Below, one piece after another: positions 27,462 to 48,048 of a stretch of 64,000 nt of DNA; within the stretch, counting starts at the first letter, position 1; each line of letters starts with the position of its first letter. The notes below the pieces were generated by a model. The model had not been told where the DNA came from. It saw only the letters and a program-made list of their open reading frames with translations, and did not search any database. The position numbers and the translations under genes are program-made. This stretch comes from the human T2T-CHM13v2.0 reference genome, Homo sapiens, in assembly GCF_009914755.1 (NCBI RefSeq), contig NC_060935.1. One strand, written 5' to 3'.

Positions 27462-27741
27462 GGCCAGGCGCGGTGGCTCACACCTGTAATTCCAGCACTT
27501 TGGGAGGCCGAGGCAGGTGAATCACAAGGCCAGGAGTTTGAGACCAGCCTGGCCAACATGGTGACACCCCGTCTCTACTAAAAATACAAAAAATTATCTG
27601 GGCATGGTCACAGGAACTTGTAATCCCAGCTACTTGGGAGGCTGAGGCAGGAGAATCACTTGAACCTAGGAGGTGGAGGTTGTAGTGAGCCAAGATTGTG
27701 CCACTGTACTCCAGCACGGGCAACAGTGCAGAACTCTGCCT

Positions 27742-27785
<44 letters not shown>
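27462..27785 (+). mobile_element. AluS with long pure poly-A (about 40 A)
   Basis: Full Alu. TSD agaagca(t/a)gat(t/g)ga. Confidence 0.95.
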
Positions 27786-27787
<2 letters not shown>

Positions 27788-27815
27788 AGCAAGATGGAGT
27801 CAACAATATAAGATA

Positions 27816-31623
<3,808 letters not shown>

Positions 31624-31679
31624 TGTCAGATTTCTGACATAATCTTGCAAAGGTGGTTTCACTCTTTCCTTTATTACTC

Positions 31680-32810
31680 CATTCAATATATGTTTATTGA
31701 GTGCACGTACTCTTTTACCTCAATAAATGGAACCTAGATTCTTCCAATCGGGCAAGTCAAGAACCATGAAAGTATTATCACTGTTCTATTTCTCTCATAT
31801 CCAATCCATCAGCAAGTCCTATCAGCTCCTCATTCTAAATATAGCTCAAATATGACTGCTTCTTACCACCTTTACCACTTTGGTCAAAAGAGCTATCATT
31901 TCTCACTTGAGTGATTTCAAGAGCCACTTTATTGGTCTCCTTGCTCCTACTCATTCCAACTCTGGCTCCTTGTTGTGCAAATAAAATCAATCAGATATCA
32001 GACTTTCTGCTACAGTATTTATTGAGAGAACTGCATAGCAAAACAAATAGTAGCATATGTGTAAGTTCACCTTTGCCCACTGAATTCTGAAATAACAAAA
32101 AAGGATCTAATGGGACTGAACATCAAACTCCAGCCATTGGATTGTAGGGCTTTTAAGCTACCTAATGAGGGAAACACCAAACTACTCTGGTATGATCACA
32201 GAGGCATCCAACTGTAGTAATTATGTCATGGCCAAAATTGATCTTCAGTCCTCTTCCACCACGTTGGCATCCTTCAGTTAAAGGAACAACAGCCTTTCAC
32301 CTGGTGTGGTCAGTGGATTCGCATACAAGGTTTGTAGTTCTTATTTATGATGTGACAGACCAGTGATCTACTTCGCCATTTCAGCATCCTGTCAGAATTG
32401 ATTGCCTTAAGTATTTGGTTTTCCAGGGAGCTCTAAAAGAAGCCAATTTCTAGTCTAGGAGGCCAGTTGAAGGGAATCAGTATTGAATATGATGATCCTA
32501 CCAGCTATCCATCTAAATAACTTAACACAAGCAGTAAATATGACCCACCTAAATCAAAACTCATATAATGCCCTTCCTCTATTCCAAGGCCTCCAGTAGT
32601 TTCCCATTTCACTCAGAGTAAAATCCAAAGCCCTTACTTTAGCCTACAAGGCTCTACAAGATCTGCCTACCTTTCTACTTCCTCTTCATTCTTACTATTA
32701 TCCCCATCACTCACTCCTATCCATCCACACTGTTCCTCTGACAATCTCACCAAGCTTTTGCATTTGCTGTTCCTTCTGCCTAGAATATTTTCTCCCTAGA
32801 TACCAACAAT
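31680..32810 (+). mobile_element. L2 fragment, interrupted
   Basis: ccaatccatcagcaagtcct, ccatttcactcagagtaaaatccaaa, catttgctgttccttctgcctagaat. Confidence 0.75.
31971..32529 (-). mobile_element. Putative old solo LTR inserted in L2
   Basis: About 560-bp block with TG...CA ends (tgttgtgc...taacaca) splitting L2, with a minus-strand AATAAA near its end. Family not recognised. Confidence 0.5.
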
Positions 32811-33084
32811 GTAAAAAAAAAAAAAAGTAACTTTGGTGAAAAATCAGAAAGACATGAAAACCAAATTAATCTACTTGGTTTTTTTTTTTAATAAAAATCC
32901 CCCCAATCATTTAAAATAGAAAAAAAAACAAAAACAAAAAACCCTGGCCCATTGATATCACTAGGACACTCAGAAGAAGCCATAGCAAAATCATTTTGGA
33001 TGACAATTTTTATGAGCTAGGCCACAAAGGATTTGCACAGTTGGGGTAGGGGTGAGAAGGAGAAGAGTTCCACTGAAGATATTA

Positions 33085-33409
<325 letters not shown>

Positions 33410-34651
33410 GAATATTTTCATGTTACTAGATGGTTCTGGCTTTCTGAGCAAATTTTACCAGAAGCTAAATTAGAGGCCAAGACTTGGAAGTTAAATGATG
33501 ACAGAATAGACAGTGAGAGGACTTTTTAGAGATATACCTTCCTGGATGTTTACATTTCAAAGGAGGATAAGACACAGAGACATTCAGGCATTGTAAATCC
33601 AGACGCAACTGTCTTATCTTCTGCCTTGCAACACTTATTTACATTGCAAAGTGTAAGTACCCAGGACTCCTTCTTTTCTCTTCCCTTATTTACATTTGAA
33701 AGACTAGGTTTCTCTCACTCTGAGGTGGGCAGGATGGCAGATGTTTAAACTATCCTATATAAACTGCCCGAATCATAATATCAGAGTTCCTTTTCTGCAG
33801 TATAGTTCCTGGTACATGTAGAATGACTTAGACTCTCACCATATTGTTCCAGAGGATGAAAAAATTGGGCAAGAAGAACGAATGCAGTTATTGATGTAAG
33901 AAATAATACCTTTGATCTCTGCTTCAGAAACTTCATGTTTATATTCAAGTTAAGATATATAAACATAGATTTTTTAGACTTATTTTAAAATCTAAACTCA
34001 CAAAACACACAAGAAAATAATCCCCCATGAAAAATAGCCGACCTATCAAATGGAAGGATGAGCAGCCCAGGAACTTGAAAAAAGGGAACAATCTGAAAAG
34101 GACTATAAAATGATGGTATTTAAATGTTTTTAAAAGATAAAAGGAGGCACAAAACACGTAAGGAACAAGACAGCATGAAGGAAAAATAGACAAATTTAAA
34201 GAGAATCAAACATAAATTCTTGATTTGAAATTAATAGACTCAATGGCTTAAGTTTGAAAGCTGTTAGGAAACACTAAAGAGAAACAACTAGTATAAGATT
34301 CCCATGCAGAATACAATACAAAGAGATAGAGATAAAAAAGCCCAAAGGAAGGTTAAGAGATACAGAAGTGAGAATGATCAAGCACAACATACTTGTAAGA
34401 GCAGTCCCAGAAAGCAAATAGCAACAATATGAGAGAAGCAATAATCAATGAGCTAAAGGAAGAAAATTTTTAATAATTGATAAAAAGACATGATTTTTTT
34501 CATGTTGACTAGCACACCAAATTAAAAATAAATAGACAAATCCTAGACACCAATGACAAAGAATTATATAAGCAATCTTAGATTTAAAAAAAAGACCCAC
34601 AAGGAACCATAATGTGACTTTTAGATAATAACAGAATAATATCTACAAAAT

Positions 34652-35997
<1,346 letters not shown>

Positions 35998-37290
35998 AAA
36001 TGTTGGAAAATAATAATCAGTTCTGGACTTTTGCCCAGTTAAATAATTATTCAAAAGCAGAAGGAAATAAAAACAGCTTCAAACAGTTTTAAACAAGCAA
36101 GAGCAATGTTTATCATTAGCATATATGTTTAAAAGAACTATATTTTTTAAAAAATTTAATGAAGAAAAACATTGAACATGAAGAGACCAGAGTGAAGAAA
36201 TAAATTAGCAAATATGAGTATATCTGAAAAAGTATTGACTATAAATGTAAATTTTTAACATAATGACCACTTTTAAAAGGTTTAAAAATTAAGGTGAAAA
36301 TAAAATATTATACAATGTATCAAAAAATAGAATAAATAAAAAAGAAAAAGTATTCTACAGTTCAGAAACAAGGTATATTCCCTAGAGGTAGACTTGTAGA
36401 AAAAAATACATAAATATTGGTTAAATTTAGAATTTATTGAGTCAAATATGCATGTTAAAAATGAAAAGGTAGCAAAGAACAGAAGTAGAAGTCACAACTT
36501 TCAAACCAGTAAAAGGAAGAAAGAATAAAGAAAATTTGATCAATCTGATACAAAGCAAGAAAGGAAATAAAAGGAAGTATAGGAAAATACATATAGTAAA
36601 TAAAAACCACAAAAGACGATAGAAATAATTCCAAATATATCGGTAGCCTCAATAAATATAAACAGAATAAACAACTACTTAAAATATAGATAGTCATGTT
36701 GAACTACAAAACTCCAACTCTATGTTTCTTACAACAGATGTACCTAAAGTATAACAATGAAGAAATACTGGCAGTAAAAGTGTGAAAATGATGAAATAAA
36801 AAAATTAACCAAAATAGTTAAATTGTTAACAACCAAAATAGACTTTAATGCAAAGATCATTATTGATAAAGAAGCTATTTATGTAATAGTCAGAAGACTA
36901 ATTTACCAAAAAAATAGAACAAGCCTGAAACTGTATTTACTTCACAACATAGCCTCTCAATAGATAAGCAAAAAATTACAGACATGAAAATTTGAATTGA
37001 ATCTGTATATATCTTATCATATAGACTCAAAATCCACAAACAAGAACTTAACAAGATTACAAGAAAAAATTAACAAGTTTCCAACCATGGTGAGCTTTTA
37101 AAATATATTTCCATTAGTAATTAATGGATCAAGCAGAGAAAAAATTGAACTGTGCTGTTCTAAAGGATTAGATTTTAAAATACTAACTATTTGAGAATAA
37201 ATTCTTTTAAAAACCCAGCCTATGAAATATATCAAGAAAAAGACTGTACTCTTTTGAGGTCATTTCTCAATTATAGATATGCTGATCAGG

Positions 37291-37518
37291 AGCAACTGTA
37301 TCCAATAGACCTTTCAGCAATAATAAAATTGTTCTCTATCTATGCAGTCAAATAAGGTAGCCTTTAAAATCAAGTGTGATTAAAACAACTAAGGAATTAA
37401 TTTTAATTTTAGTTTTAATTCATTTAATTTAATTAAAATTTACTTAATGTAATTTATTAATTTATTCTATTTAATTTAAATTTAAATGGCCACATGGTTA
37501 CCATATTGACAGTGAAGT
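37291..37518. mobile_element. MER3-like hAT-Charlie MITE
   Basis: tccaatagacctttc...ttctctatct...tttaatttaaatttaaatggccacat...taccatattgacag. Confidence 0.65.
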
Positions 37519-38648
37519 TTTAGAGTAGTATTAGTAAAAAGTTTATATCTTTCAATGCTTACATTAGAAAAGAAAAATTGTCAAAATGAACAAGCAAAGT
37601 TCCTAATTTAAAAGGCAGAAAAATATAAAATCAAAGAACATAGAAAGGAAAAGGTAACAAAGAGTAGAAAATAATAAAATTTCTAAAAAGTTACAAAAAT
37701 TTTAAAGACTAATAAGATAAGCCTCTGGCAAAAATAATTAAGAAAAATGAAATACATAAATGTAAAATTTTGGGAGTGAAAAATGTACAGCAAACTTTTT
37801 AAACTTAACCAAGTACAATAAATACAATTTTTTTAAGTTTAAAAAGAAACAGAAGAAATAAATAGATTTAAACTTAAAAAGACATCAAAGTAGTAGCAAA
37901 ACTGTACCAAGATAAAACAGAGCAAAACAAAAATCTTCCCAGATAGTTTGACCAATTCTACCAAAACTAAAAAATTAATCTCTACCTTCTATAAACATTC
38001 TAAAAAATAGAAAAAAAATTAAATTCTAACCCATGTATTATCCTAATATAACCTTGAAACCAAAATCAACCAGAGTACAAAAAATAAACATTATATGCCA
38101 ATTTTATTTATGTGTCAAAACTCTATAAAATAATATTTTCTAGCAATGTAATTTTTAATTATACCACATAAAACTATGAAAGCAAGGATGCTTTGCTAAT
38201 ATAAACTCTATTGCTGTAATTTTTCCAATCAACAGAGTAAAGAGAAACTAACAAAATTATCTCAAAAGAGAATACTATTAGATAATAATAAAGACTGCTG
38301 GCTGTGTTCCATAGTTCAAAGTTCTGCATCTATAAATTTATTTATTCTTTACAACAACGTCTGATGTATTTTTATTTTCATTTTATTTTCTTATTAGGCA
38401 TTGTCATTGACTAACAAAATAGGCAATAACAAATAACAAAGCTGTGGCAGAGAGAAGCTCAATGTCATCCAGCTTACTAGTGGCAAGTCCAGGATTTGAA
38501 ATCAGACTGATTTCAACATCCATGCTCTTAACTACAACATATGTTCTTTCTCAAGTCCCAGTTGCTATTTTTAGGGGGAAATCTTAGCAAACTACGAATA
38601 GACGTAATATCCAAAGATCTAAGAAAGTATCTACTAACAAACAATCTA

Positions 38649-39838
38649 TAGTTATGCATTGTTTAATGACAGGGATATGTTCTGAGAAACATATCGTTGG
38701 GCAATTTTGCCATTTTGTTAACACAATAGAGTGTACTTACACAAACCTAGATGGTACACCCTACTACACACTTAGGCTACATGGTATAGCCTATCGCTCC
38801 TAGGCTACAAACCTGTACAGCATGTTGCTGTACTGAATACTGTAAGCAACTGTAACACAATGGTATTTGTGTATCTAAACATAGAAAAGGAAAAGGTACA
38901 GTAAATATATGAAAGATTTTTAAACGATACTTCTGTATAGGCACTTACCATGAATGGGGCTTACAAGTCAAGTCTGGAAGTTGCTCTGGGTGAGTCAGTA
39001 AAGGAGTGGTGAGTAAATGTGAAGGCCCTAAGACATTACTCTACACTACTGTAGACTTTATAAACACTGTACACTTACGCTACATTAAATTTATTTTATT
39101 TTACAATAATAAATTAAACTTAGCTTACTGTAACTTTTCTACTTTACACATCTTTTAATTTTTTTACTTTTTGCCTCTTTTGTTGTTACATTTTAGCTTA
39201 AAACACAAACACACATTATAGAGCAATACAAAAATCTTTTCTTTCTTTATATCCTTATTTTATGAGATTTTTTCTATTTTTAATTTTTTACATTTTAAAC
39301 TTTTTTGTTAAAAACTGAAACACAGGAACACACACTAACATAGGCCTACATGAGGTCAGGAATATCAGTATCATAGTCTGCCACCTGCACATCTTGTCCC
39401 AATTAAAGCTCTAGGGACAATAACATACATGGATCTGTTATCTACTATGATTAACAATGCCTTCTTCTAGAATACCTCCTGAAGGACCTGTCTGAGGCTG
39501 TTGTTCAGTTAACTTTTTTTTTAATAAGTGGAAAGAGTACACTCTAAAATAATAATAAAAAGTATGGTAAATACCTAAACCAGTGACATGTATTATTTAT
39601 CAAGTATTATGTACTGTACATAATTTTATGTGCTATACTTTTAAATGACTGGCAGTGCAATAGGTTGTTTACACCAGCATCAATACAATGACAAGAGTAA
39701 TGCACTGCTCTACAACTTTAGGAAGGCTACAAATGCACTAGTTGATAGGAAGTTTTCAGCTCCATTATAATCATATGGGACCATAATCATACATGTAGTC
39801 GGCTGTTCACCAAAACGTCATTATGGAGCACACAACTG
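38649..39838 (+). mobile_element. Tigger3b-like DNA transposon
   Basis: Termini tagttatgcattgtttaatgacagggatatgttctgagaa and aacgtcattatggagcacacaactg, with TA on both sides. Confidence 0.85.
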
Positions 39839-40197
39839 TACTTCATAATAAAATGTTGAACATCCTATTTAAAGACACAAACAAGAAAAAATGCATGCAT
39901 GTTTCTAGATAGCTGGCTATTTTTATGATAAAATATAAAATCACACCAACACCTCGTATGTATACAAAATTAATTCAATATGAACTTAAGACCTTGGTAT
40001 GAAAAGCAAAACTTACTATAGTAGAACATGTTTGTGACTTGAAGGTAGAGAAGGATTTCTTAAATGAGACACAAAAAACAAAAACCAGAAAAGAAATGGT
40101 CAATGAACTTGACCATAGGTAATAACCATGTATTCTACTACTACGGAAGATTACAGACATTAGAGAATAAATAGTGGTAACAGTTATTCTACATTTA

Positions 40198-40581
40198 CTA
40201 ATCTAATCTTTGCCACCATTTCTTTTTTCTGGCTAGTGTTTCTGAGTTACTTGTGTTAAATTGCTGTATGTTCTTTAGGTAGGGGTATGTATAATCAGGG
40301 CTGATAGCCTCTACCTAAAACATACCATTTTCACAAATAACCTCTATGCTATGAGAAAAGCTCCAAATTATTCTATTTCTGTCATTTAACACTATCAGAG
40401 TGCCAAAAAAGAGTAACATGGAAGATATTTCAAACTATCTCATGAGCCTTGACAGGATTACATCATAAGGACAATAGAAAGTATTTTTGAATCTACCTCT
40501 AGCACTAATTTAATAATGTATTCATAGCGTTTCTTTTGTTCTTTCAAAAATATTTCTTATTCATTTGCTGTCCACAAGGTT
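40198..40581 (-). other. Two exon-like segments (40581-40497, 40314-40198) joined by a 182-nt GT-AG intron
   Basis: Spliced reading TLWTANE*EIFLKEQKKRYEYIIKLVLE|VEAISPDYTYPYLKNIQQFNTSNSETLARKKKWWQRLD*. Non-repeat DNA, one premature stop. Confidence 0.35.
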
Positions 40582-40677
40582 CTTAGCACACATTAAGACA
40601 GGTAGAAATATTTAAACTAACAGTTTCTCTGGCTTGGAGAAGTTGGGTATTGGGAGGGCTGAGTGGAACAATAGCAC

Positions 40678-40987
40678 TTTTTTTTTTTTAAGAGACAGCT
40701 TTCGTTCTGTCACCTAGGCTGGAGTGCAGTGATGGGATCATAGCTCACTGCAGCCTCAAACTCCTGGGCTCAAGCAATCCTAATGCCTCAGCTTCCCAAG
40801 GAACTAAGACTAAAGGCTTTGTCACCATGCCCTACTAACTTATTTTATTTATTTATTTATTTATTTTGTAGAGAGAGGGTCTCACTATGTTGCCCAGGCT
40901 GGTCTTGAATTCCTGGCCTCAAGCTGTCCTCCCACCTCAACCTTTTAAAATGGTGAGATGACAAGCATGAGCCACTGCACCTGGACC
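40678..40987 (-). mobile_element. AluJ-like
   Basis: catagctcactgcagcctcaaactcctgggctcaagc. Confidence 0.9.
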
Positions 40988-41816
40988 CAAATATTTTCAA
41001 TAGAGTGTAATTATTCTAATAGAATTAAGTGGCCTCTTCCCTTTCTCTGCTCCAAGCCCTCAGATGACAATCTTTATAGGACTGTCTTGTGCCAACACAC
41101 AGTATATTTATTCATAAAAAAAATTTCTGAACCTACTATGTTATCATTCTTGATTACTAAATTTCTCAATAATCTTTGCTTTATCTACAATGTGAAATTT
41201 GTCAGAAAGACCAAAGCTCAAATCTCAATTCTACTACTTGCTAATTATGTGACCTTGAACAATTTATTTCACTACTCTGAGGCTGAGTTTGCTTATTTGT
41301 AAAATACAGATAATTAACAACTGCCTCCCATTGTTGTTAGGATTTCATAATAATATGTAAGTAGGGCACAGTCCTGTTATGATGGTGGTTCTACCTCTCT
41401 CTTTTAGGGAAGGAATTATCTCCTGTAGCATTCTATATATTGCTCTGAACACAGTATATGTAACAAATAATTGGTGCTTGGTTGTTTAAGCAATTAAATA
41501 AGTCAACAAAAATTGTGAATCCTTAATGCATAAAAACAAATGCCAAATAGGTTTAAGACCTAAATTTTGAAAGCAAAATTTTAAGATTCTTAGAAGAAAA
41601 CATAAAAATGTTACCCTTATGGTCTTTGAGCAGAAAAACTTTGTAAACAAGATATAGAAAGCATAAACAATGAAGAAAAAGATTTCTTAAGCTGACTACA
41701 TGAGATTTTTAATTTTCTGCATCAAAAACCATCATTTAAAAGAAAACAATCATAAAAGACTGGAATTTATACATTCAACAAAGGAGTCAGCATCAATAAT
41801 ATTTAACTAGTACATT

Positions 41817-42166
41817 TGTCTTAGTCCATTTGGGCTACTATACCAAAATATCAAAGACTCTGACTTATGAACAATAAACATTTACTTCTCACAGTTCTGG
41901 AGACTGAGAAGTCCAATATCATGGCAAAGGCAGATTCACTGTCTCATGAGGGCCAGCTTACTTCTTAGAAGACAGCTGTCTTTTCCCTATGTCCTCAAAT
42001 GGCAAAAAGGGCAATGGAGCTCTCTAGGACCTCTTTCCTAAAGGCACGAATCTCATTCATGAGGGTTCCACCCTATCACCTCCAAAACGCCTCCAAATAC
42101 CGTCATATTGGAGATTAAGTTTCAACATGTGAATTTTGGGAAGACATAAACATTAAGTCTATAACA
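41817..42166 (-). mobile_element. MLT1A0-like LTR
   Basis: tgtcttagtccatttgggctactata...ctcacagttctggagactgagaagtcc...aacattaagtctataaca. Confidence 0.8.
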
Positions 42167-42325
42167 GTATCCATAAAAACATTACTTTAAAATAATATAA
42201 ACACTTATGAATCAGTATAAAAAATAGAAAACGGATTCATTATGAACTTTTGAAATGATGCTCAACCTCTCTACTTATCAGGAAAATGCAAATTAAAACC
42301 AAAATGAGATCGCTTTTCATATTCA

Positions 42326-42739
42326 TTGAATTGGTTTGCGAGAACTACAGTAATTAAGTACCTGGGTAGCTTAAACAACAGTAATGTCTATTCTCACAGT
42401 TCTGGAGCTTAGAAATCTGAGATCAAGGTATCAGTAGTGTTGGTTTCTCCTGAGAGTTGTGAGGAAAGGATCTGTGCCAAGCCTCTCTCCTTGGCTTGTA
42501 GATGGCTGTCTTCTCCCAATGTCTTCACATTGTCTTCTGTTCAAATCTTTGTTCAAATTTCTCCTTCTTATAAGAATACCAATCATACTGGATTGTGGCC
42601 CACCCTAAAGACCTCATTTTAATTTAATTACCTCTTTTAAAGACCCTATCTCCAAAATACCATTACGTTCTGAGGTACTAGGGGTAGGACTTCAACACAT
42701 GAATTTTGTGGGGGAGGGGACACAATACAGCCCATAAGA
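42326..42739 (-). mobile_element. MLT1B/C-like LTR
   Basis: gcttaaacaacag...ctcacagttctggag...gaccctatctccaaa...cacaatacagccc. Confidence 0.78.
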
Positions 42740-43369
42740 CTTAAAAAATTGGCAAATAATTTTTCAGTCTGGTAACACCAAGTATTGGCAAGGAATGGGG
42801 AGAAAAAGAAATCTCATACTTTGCTGATGGAAGTATAAATCGGCACAATCACTTTAGAGAACATGCAGTAAACCTGAAGATAGACATTGTAATCCAGTAA
42901 TTCCACAACTATGTATTTAGTCTAGAGAAACACTGGCAAATGTGACTCAAAAACAGTTACAAAATATTCTAGCTACATTATGATAAACAAAATATGGAAA
43001 TATCCTAATTGTCCATCAACAGGAGAAAACACAAGTACATTCTGGAATGTTTTTATAATGATATACCATGAAGCAAGAAAAAAAAAGTGAACAGGAGCTA
43101 CAAGTATCCATAAGGATGAATCTCATAGATGTGATATTGAACAAAAAAAGGCGAGCTGCAAAAAAATGCAACATCATAACACTTATATGCAACTTAAAAT
43201 ATGCAAAATAAAACATATATTGTTTATGGATATACATGTGTAATGAGAGCATATGCACACTTAACTATTTTTAAACCAATAAATAAATTCCCAAATGTTA
43301 ACTATTTTTCCACCAGAACATTCAATAATATAAATTCTTAATTAGGCTCCAAGAAATAAGTACTCTTAC

Positions 43370-43473
43370 CAAAAGCACACACAAGTCAATTAAAAAACAA
43401 GTGAACTGTAAATTCAGTGACAATTAAATAAAAAGAATCTATTCTGGAGCCTTTAAGGTTCTGTCTTTTTCAG
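43370..43473 (-). other. Exon-like segment with strong splice sites
   Basis: Acceptor ttttttttcctgtgtgcag and donor TG|gtaaga, 104 nt. All three frames contain stops. Confidence 0.35.
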
Positions 43474-43700
43474 CTGCACACAGGAAAAAAAACTAAATGT
43501 CATGTTTCAATAGTGTTTAAACTATCCTGCACACATGCAAAAAAAATACCACATGCACATTTAAGTAAAACTCTTTCAAAATAGGCAAAACAGGATGGTG
43601 TAGCACAAAGAGACTACATTTACTCCAATCTGTAATGAAATCCTGGTTTTGCCTCGCTGGCTGGGTGGGTTTAGCAAGTCACTTATTCAACTTATCTCAG

Positions 43701-43814
43701 CCTCACTTTCTTCATATGTAAAATCATATAAACTTCAGTTTTCTCATTTGTAAATTCCCTCACTTTCTTCATATGTAAAATCATATAAACTTCAGTTTTC
43801 TCATTTGTAAATTC
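43701..43814 (+). repeat. Perfect 57-bp tandem duplication within a MIR
   Basis: 43701-43757 is identical to 43758-43814. Confidence 0.95.
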
Positions 43815-46238
43815 CCCATTCAGTTTCCTTCTGGAAAGGTTTGTGTTTATGTTCGGTATCTACACATAACGTGCTCAAATGGCACCTGTACGGGTAGAAT
43901 GGTATTTGATCAGTACAGTAGAAATTAAGATAAAAGTGTTATTGAGTATCAGCAAGATGGCAGAATAGGGCTCTCTAATGCTTGTCTCTCCCACAGAAAC
44001 ATCAATTTGAACAATTGTCCATGCACAAAAATACTTTCACAATAGGTAAGGAAACCAAGAGATTACAGCACCTGGGTACAGCACCAAAATAAGAAAACAT
44101 GCATGGAAGAGGGTAGAAAGAACAGCTTTACATTACCCATTTCACCCAACTCCAGGCAGCACAGGGAGAGATACCTTCCACTTGAGAGAAGGAGAGGGCA
44201 GTGAGTACAAGACTTTGCCTCAGATTCCAAAGCTAGGCCCACCCCCAATAAAGCCTAGCACCAGGAAGACCCCCAACAGCCCCAAACTCCAGGTCTGTAT
44301 AGCAAATTAAGTATCCAGGCTGCCCCATGACCAGGCTGACCCCAGTGGCCCCAGTCTGTAGACTGCCCCCAGCATCAGGCTAGCCCTCACAGCCACAGGC
44401 TTCAGGCCTGCCCCAGTACCAGGCCAAACCCACATAGTCCTAGTCATTGGGCCAGAACCTATGGACCCAGCCCCCAGGCCAGCCACTGTGGATGGAGACT
44501 CCAGGCTTGTCCAGTGCCAGACCAGCCCCCTGCAGCCCCAGACTCCTGGCTGCTACCCGCAGACTGAGCTTCCAAACCTGCCCCAACACTATATAGGATC
44601 CTGCAGCCCCAGGGTCCAGGTCTACAGAGCAAATTTGAGCTCCAAGCCTGCCACAGCACAAGGCTAAGCCCAGAGGCCCCAAGCTCCAGATCAGACCCAG
44701 CAGAAGACATGACCTGCAGAATCAGGCTCCAGACCAACCCCACGGCTAGGCCAGCCCCTGTGGCCCCAGGCTGCAGACCACCCCTAGCACCAAGCTGGAT
44801 GCCAAAGTCCCAAGCTTCAGGCCCACTTGACCATCAGGCCAACTCCTGCAGCCTTAATGACCAGGCCAGAACCCATGGACCTTGCCTCCAGGAAGACCTC
44901 TGTGAATATAGGATCCAGGCTCCACCCAGTCCAAGCTAGCTCCTATGGCCCCAGGCTTCTATCCCACCCCAATGCCAGCTTGGCTCCCCTGGCCTTAAAC
45001 AGCAGGCAGGCACCAAGACCTAAGCTCCAGGCCTTCCCAGTGCAAGGCCAGTCCCCATGGTCCCATGCTCAAGGCCAGATCCTATGGTCCAATGATGCTA
45101 CAGTAACCCAGAGTCCAGGAGACCCCAGAAGAACCAGTCCCCACGAACCCAGGCTCTAGGACCACCTCTGTGTACCTACTACTCAATCTGGTTCCTTGTC
45201 CCAAGACCCAGGCTAGGCTTTATGGATCCAATCCCTAGGCCAGGTCCTAGACCTGTGCCTCTAAGGCAATACCAGCAGGCACAGGCTCCAGACCCAAAGA
45301 TCCCAGGCTCCAGGCCAGCCTAATGGTCCCAGGTATCAGGCAAGTACTTGTGATCCTAAGCTCCAAACCAGTGCCCACAGACCCAGGCTCCACATGGACC
45401 CCAGCATCAGGCTAACCCCAGGCTCCAGGCTGGTCCCAGTGGCCCAGACTCTAGAAAACCCAGAGTCCAGACCTGTTCCAGCAGACCCAGGGTCCACCCC
45501 CAGTCCCAGTCTAGACCTTACAGACTAAGGCTCCAAGACCACCCCTTCTGACCCAGGTTCCATGATAGCCTTTGTGGACCCAGGAAATATTTGATATATA
45601 TCTGCTGTATAAGATATCTGATATATAGGAAAATATACATATATCTCTCTGATATATAAGATTTCATAAAGGAGAAAAGAAAGAGAAAGACAAAGCGTAG
45701 CAGAAAACTTTTCAAATTTCGAGAAAGATATAAATATCCAAGTAGAGGAACAGATACAGGCCTCCAGTCAGATTCAACCCAAACAAGACTACAAAATGAC
45801 AATATGTCAAAAATCAAGGACAAAGAGAGGATCCTATTAGCAAGAGAAAATTAGCACGAGGATCCTTATTAGTGAGAGAAAATAAGCAAACCATATATGA
45901 ATAAGTTCCAATAAGGCTAGCAACAAATTTCTCAGCAGGGACGTTACAGGCCAAGAGAGAGTGAGATGATGTATTCAAAGTGCTGAAGTGTAAAAAATTT
46001 TTTTTAAAAAATGTGCCAACTAAGAATACTGTATCTAGCAAAGCTGTTTTTCAGAAATGAAAGAGAAATAAAGACTTTCACAGACAAACAAAAGCTAAGG
46101 GAGTTTATCACCAACAGCCCTATCTTACAAGAGATGCTAGAGGGAGTATTCAACCTAAAAGAAAAGGATGCTAATTAATAAGTAACGCAAAAACAACTAA
46201 AAGCATAAAACTCAATGGTAAAAGAAAGCAGACAATCA

Positions 46239-46573
<335 letters not shown>

Positions 46574-46632
46574 GAATAATAATAGCTACAATACTTTATT
46601 AAGGTATATACAATATAAAAAGATGCAAATTG

Positions 46633-48048
<1,416 letters not shown>

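Noticed and set aside
44250-45590. GC-rich repeated ccagg motifs resembling an array or a Pro-rich gene
   Set aside because: Degenerate tandem repeats of an old L1M 5'UTR, with no constant repeat-spacer structure. Not CRISPR.
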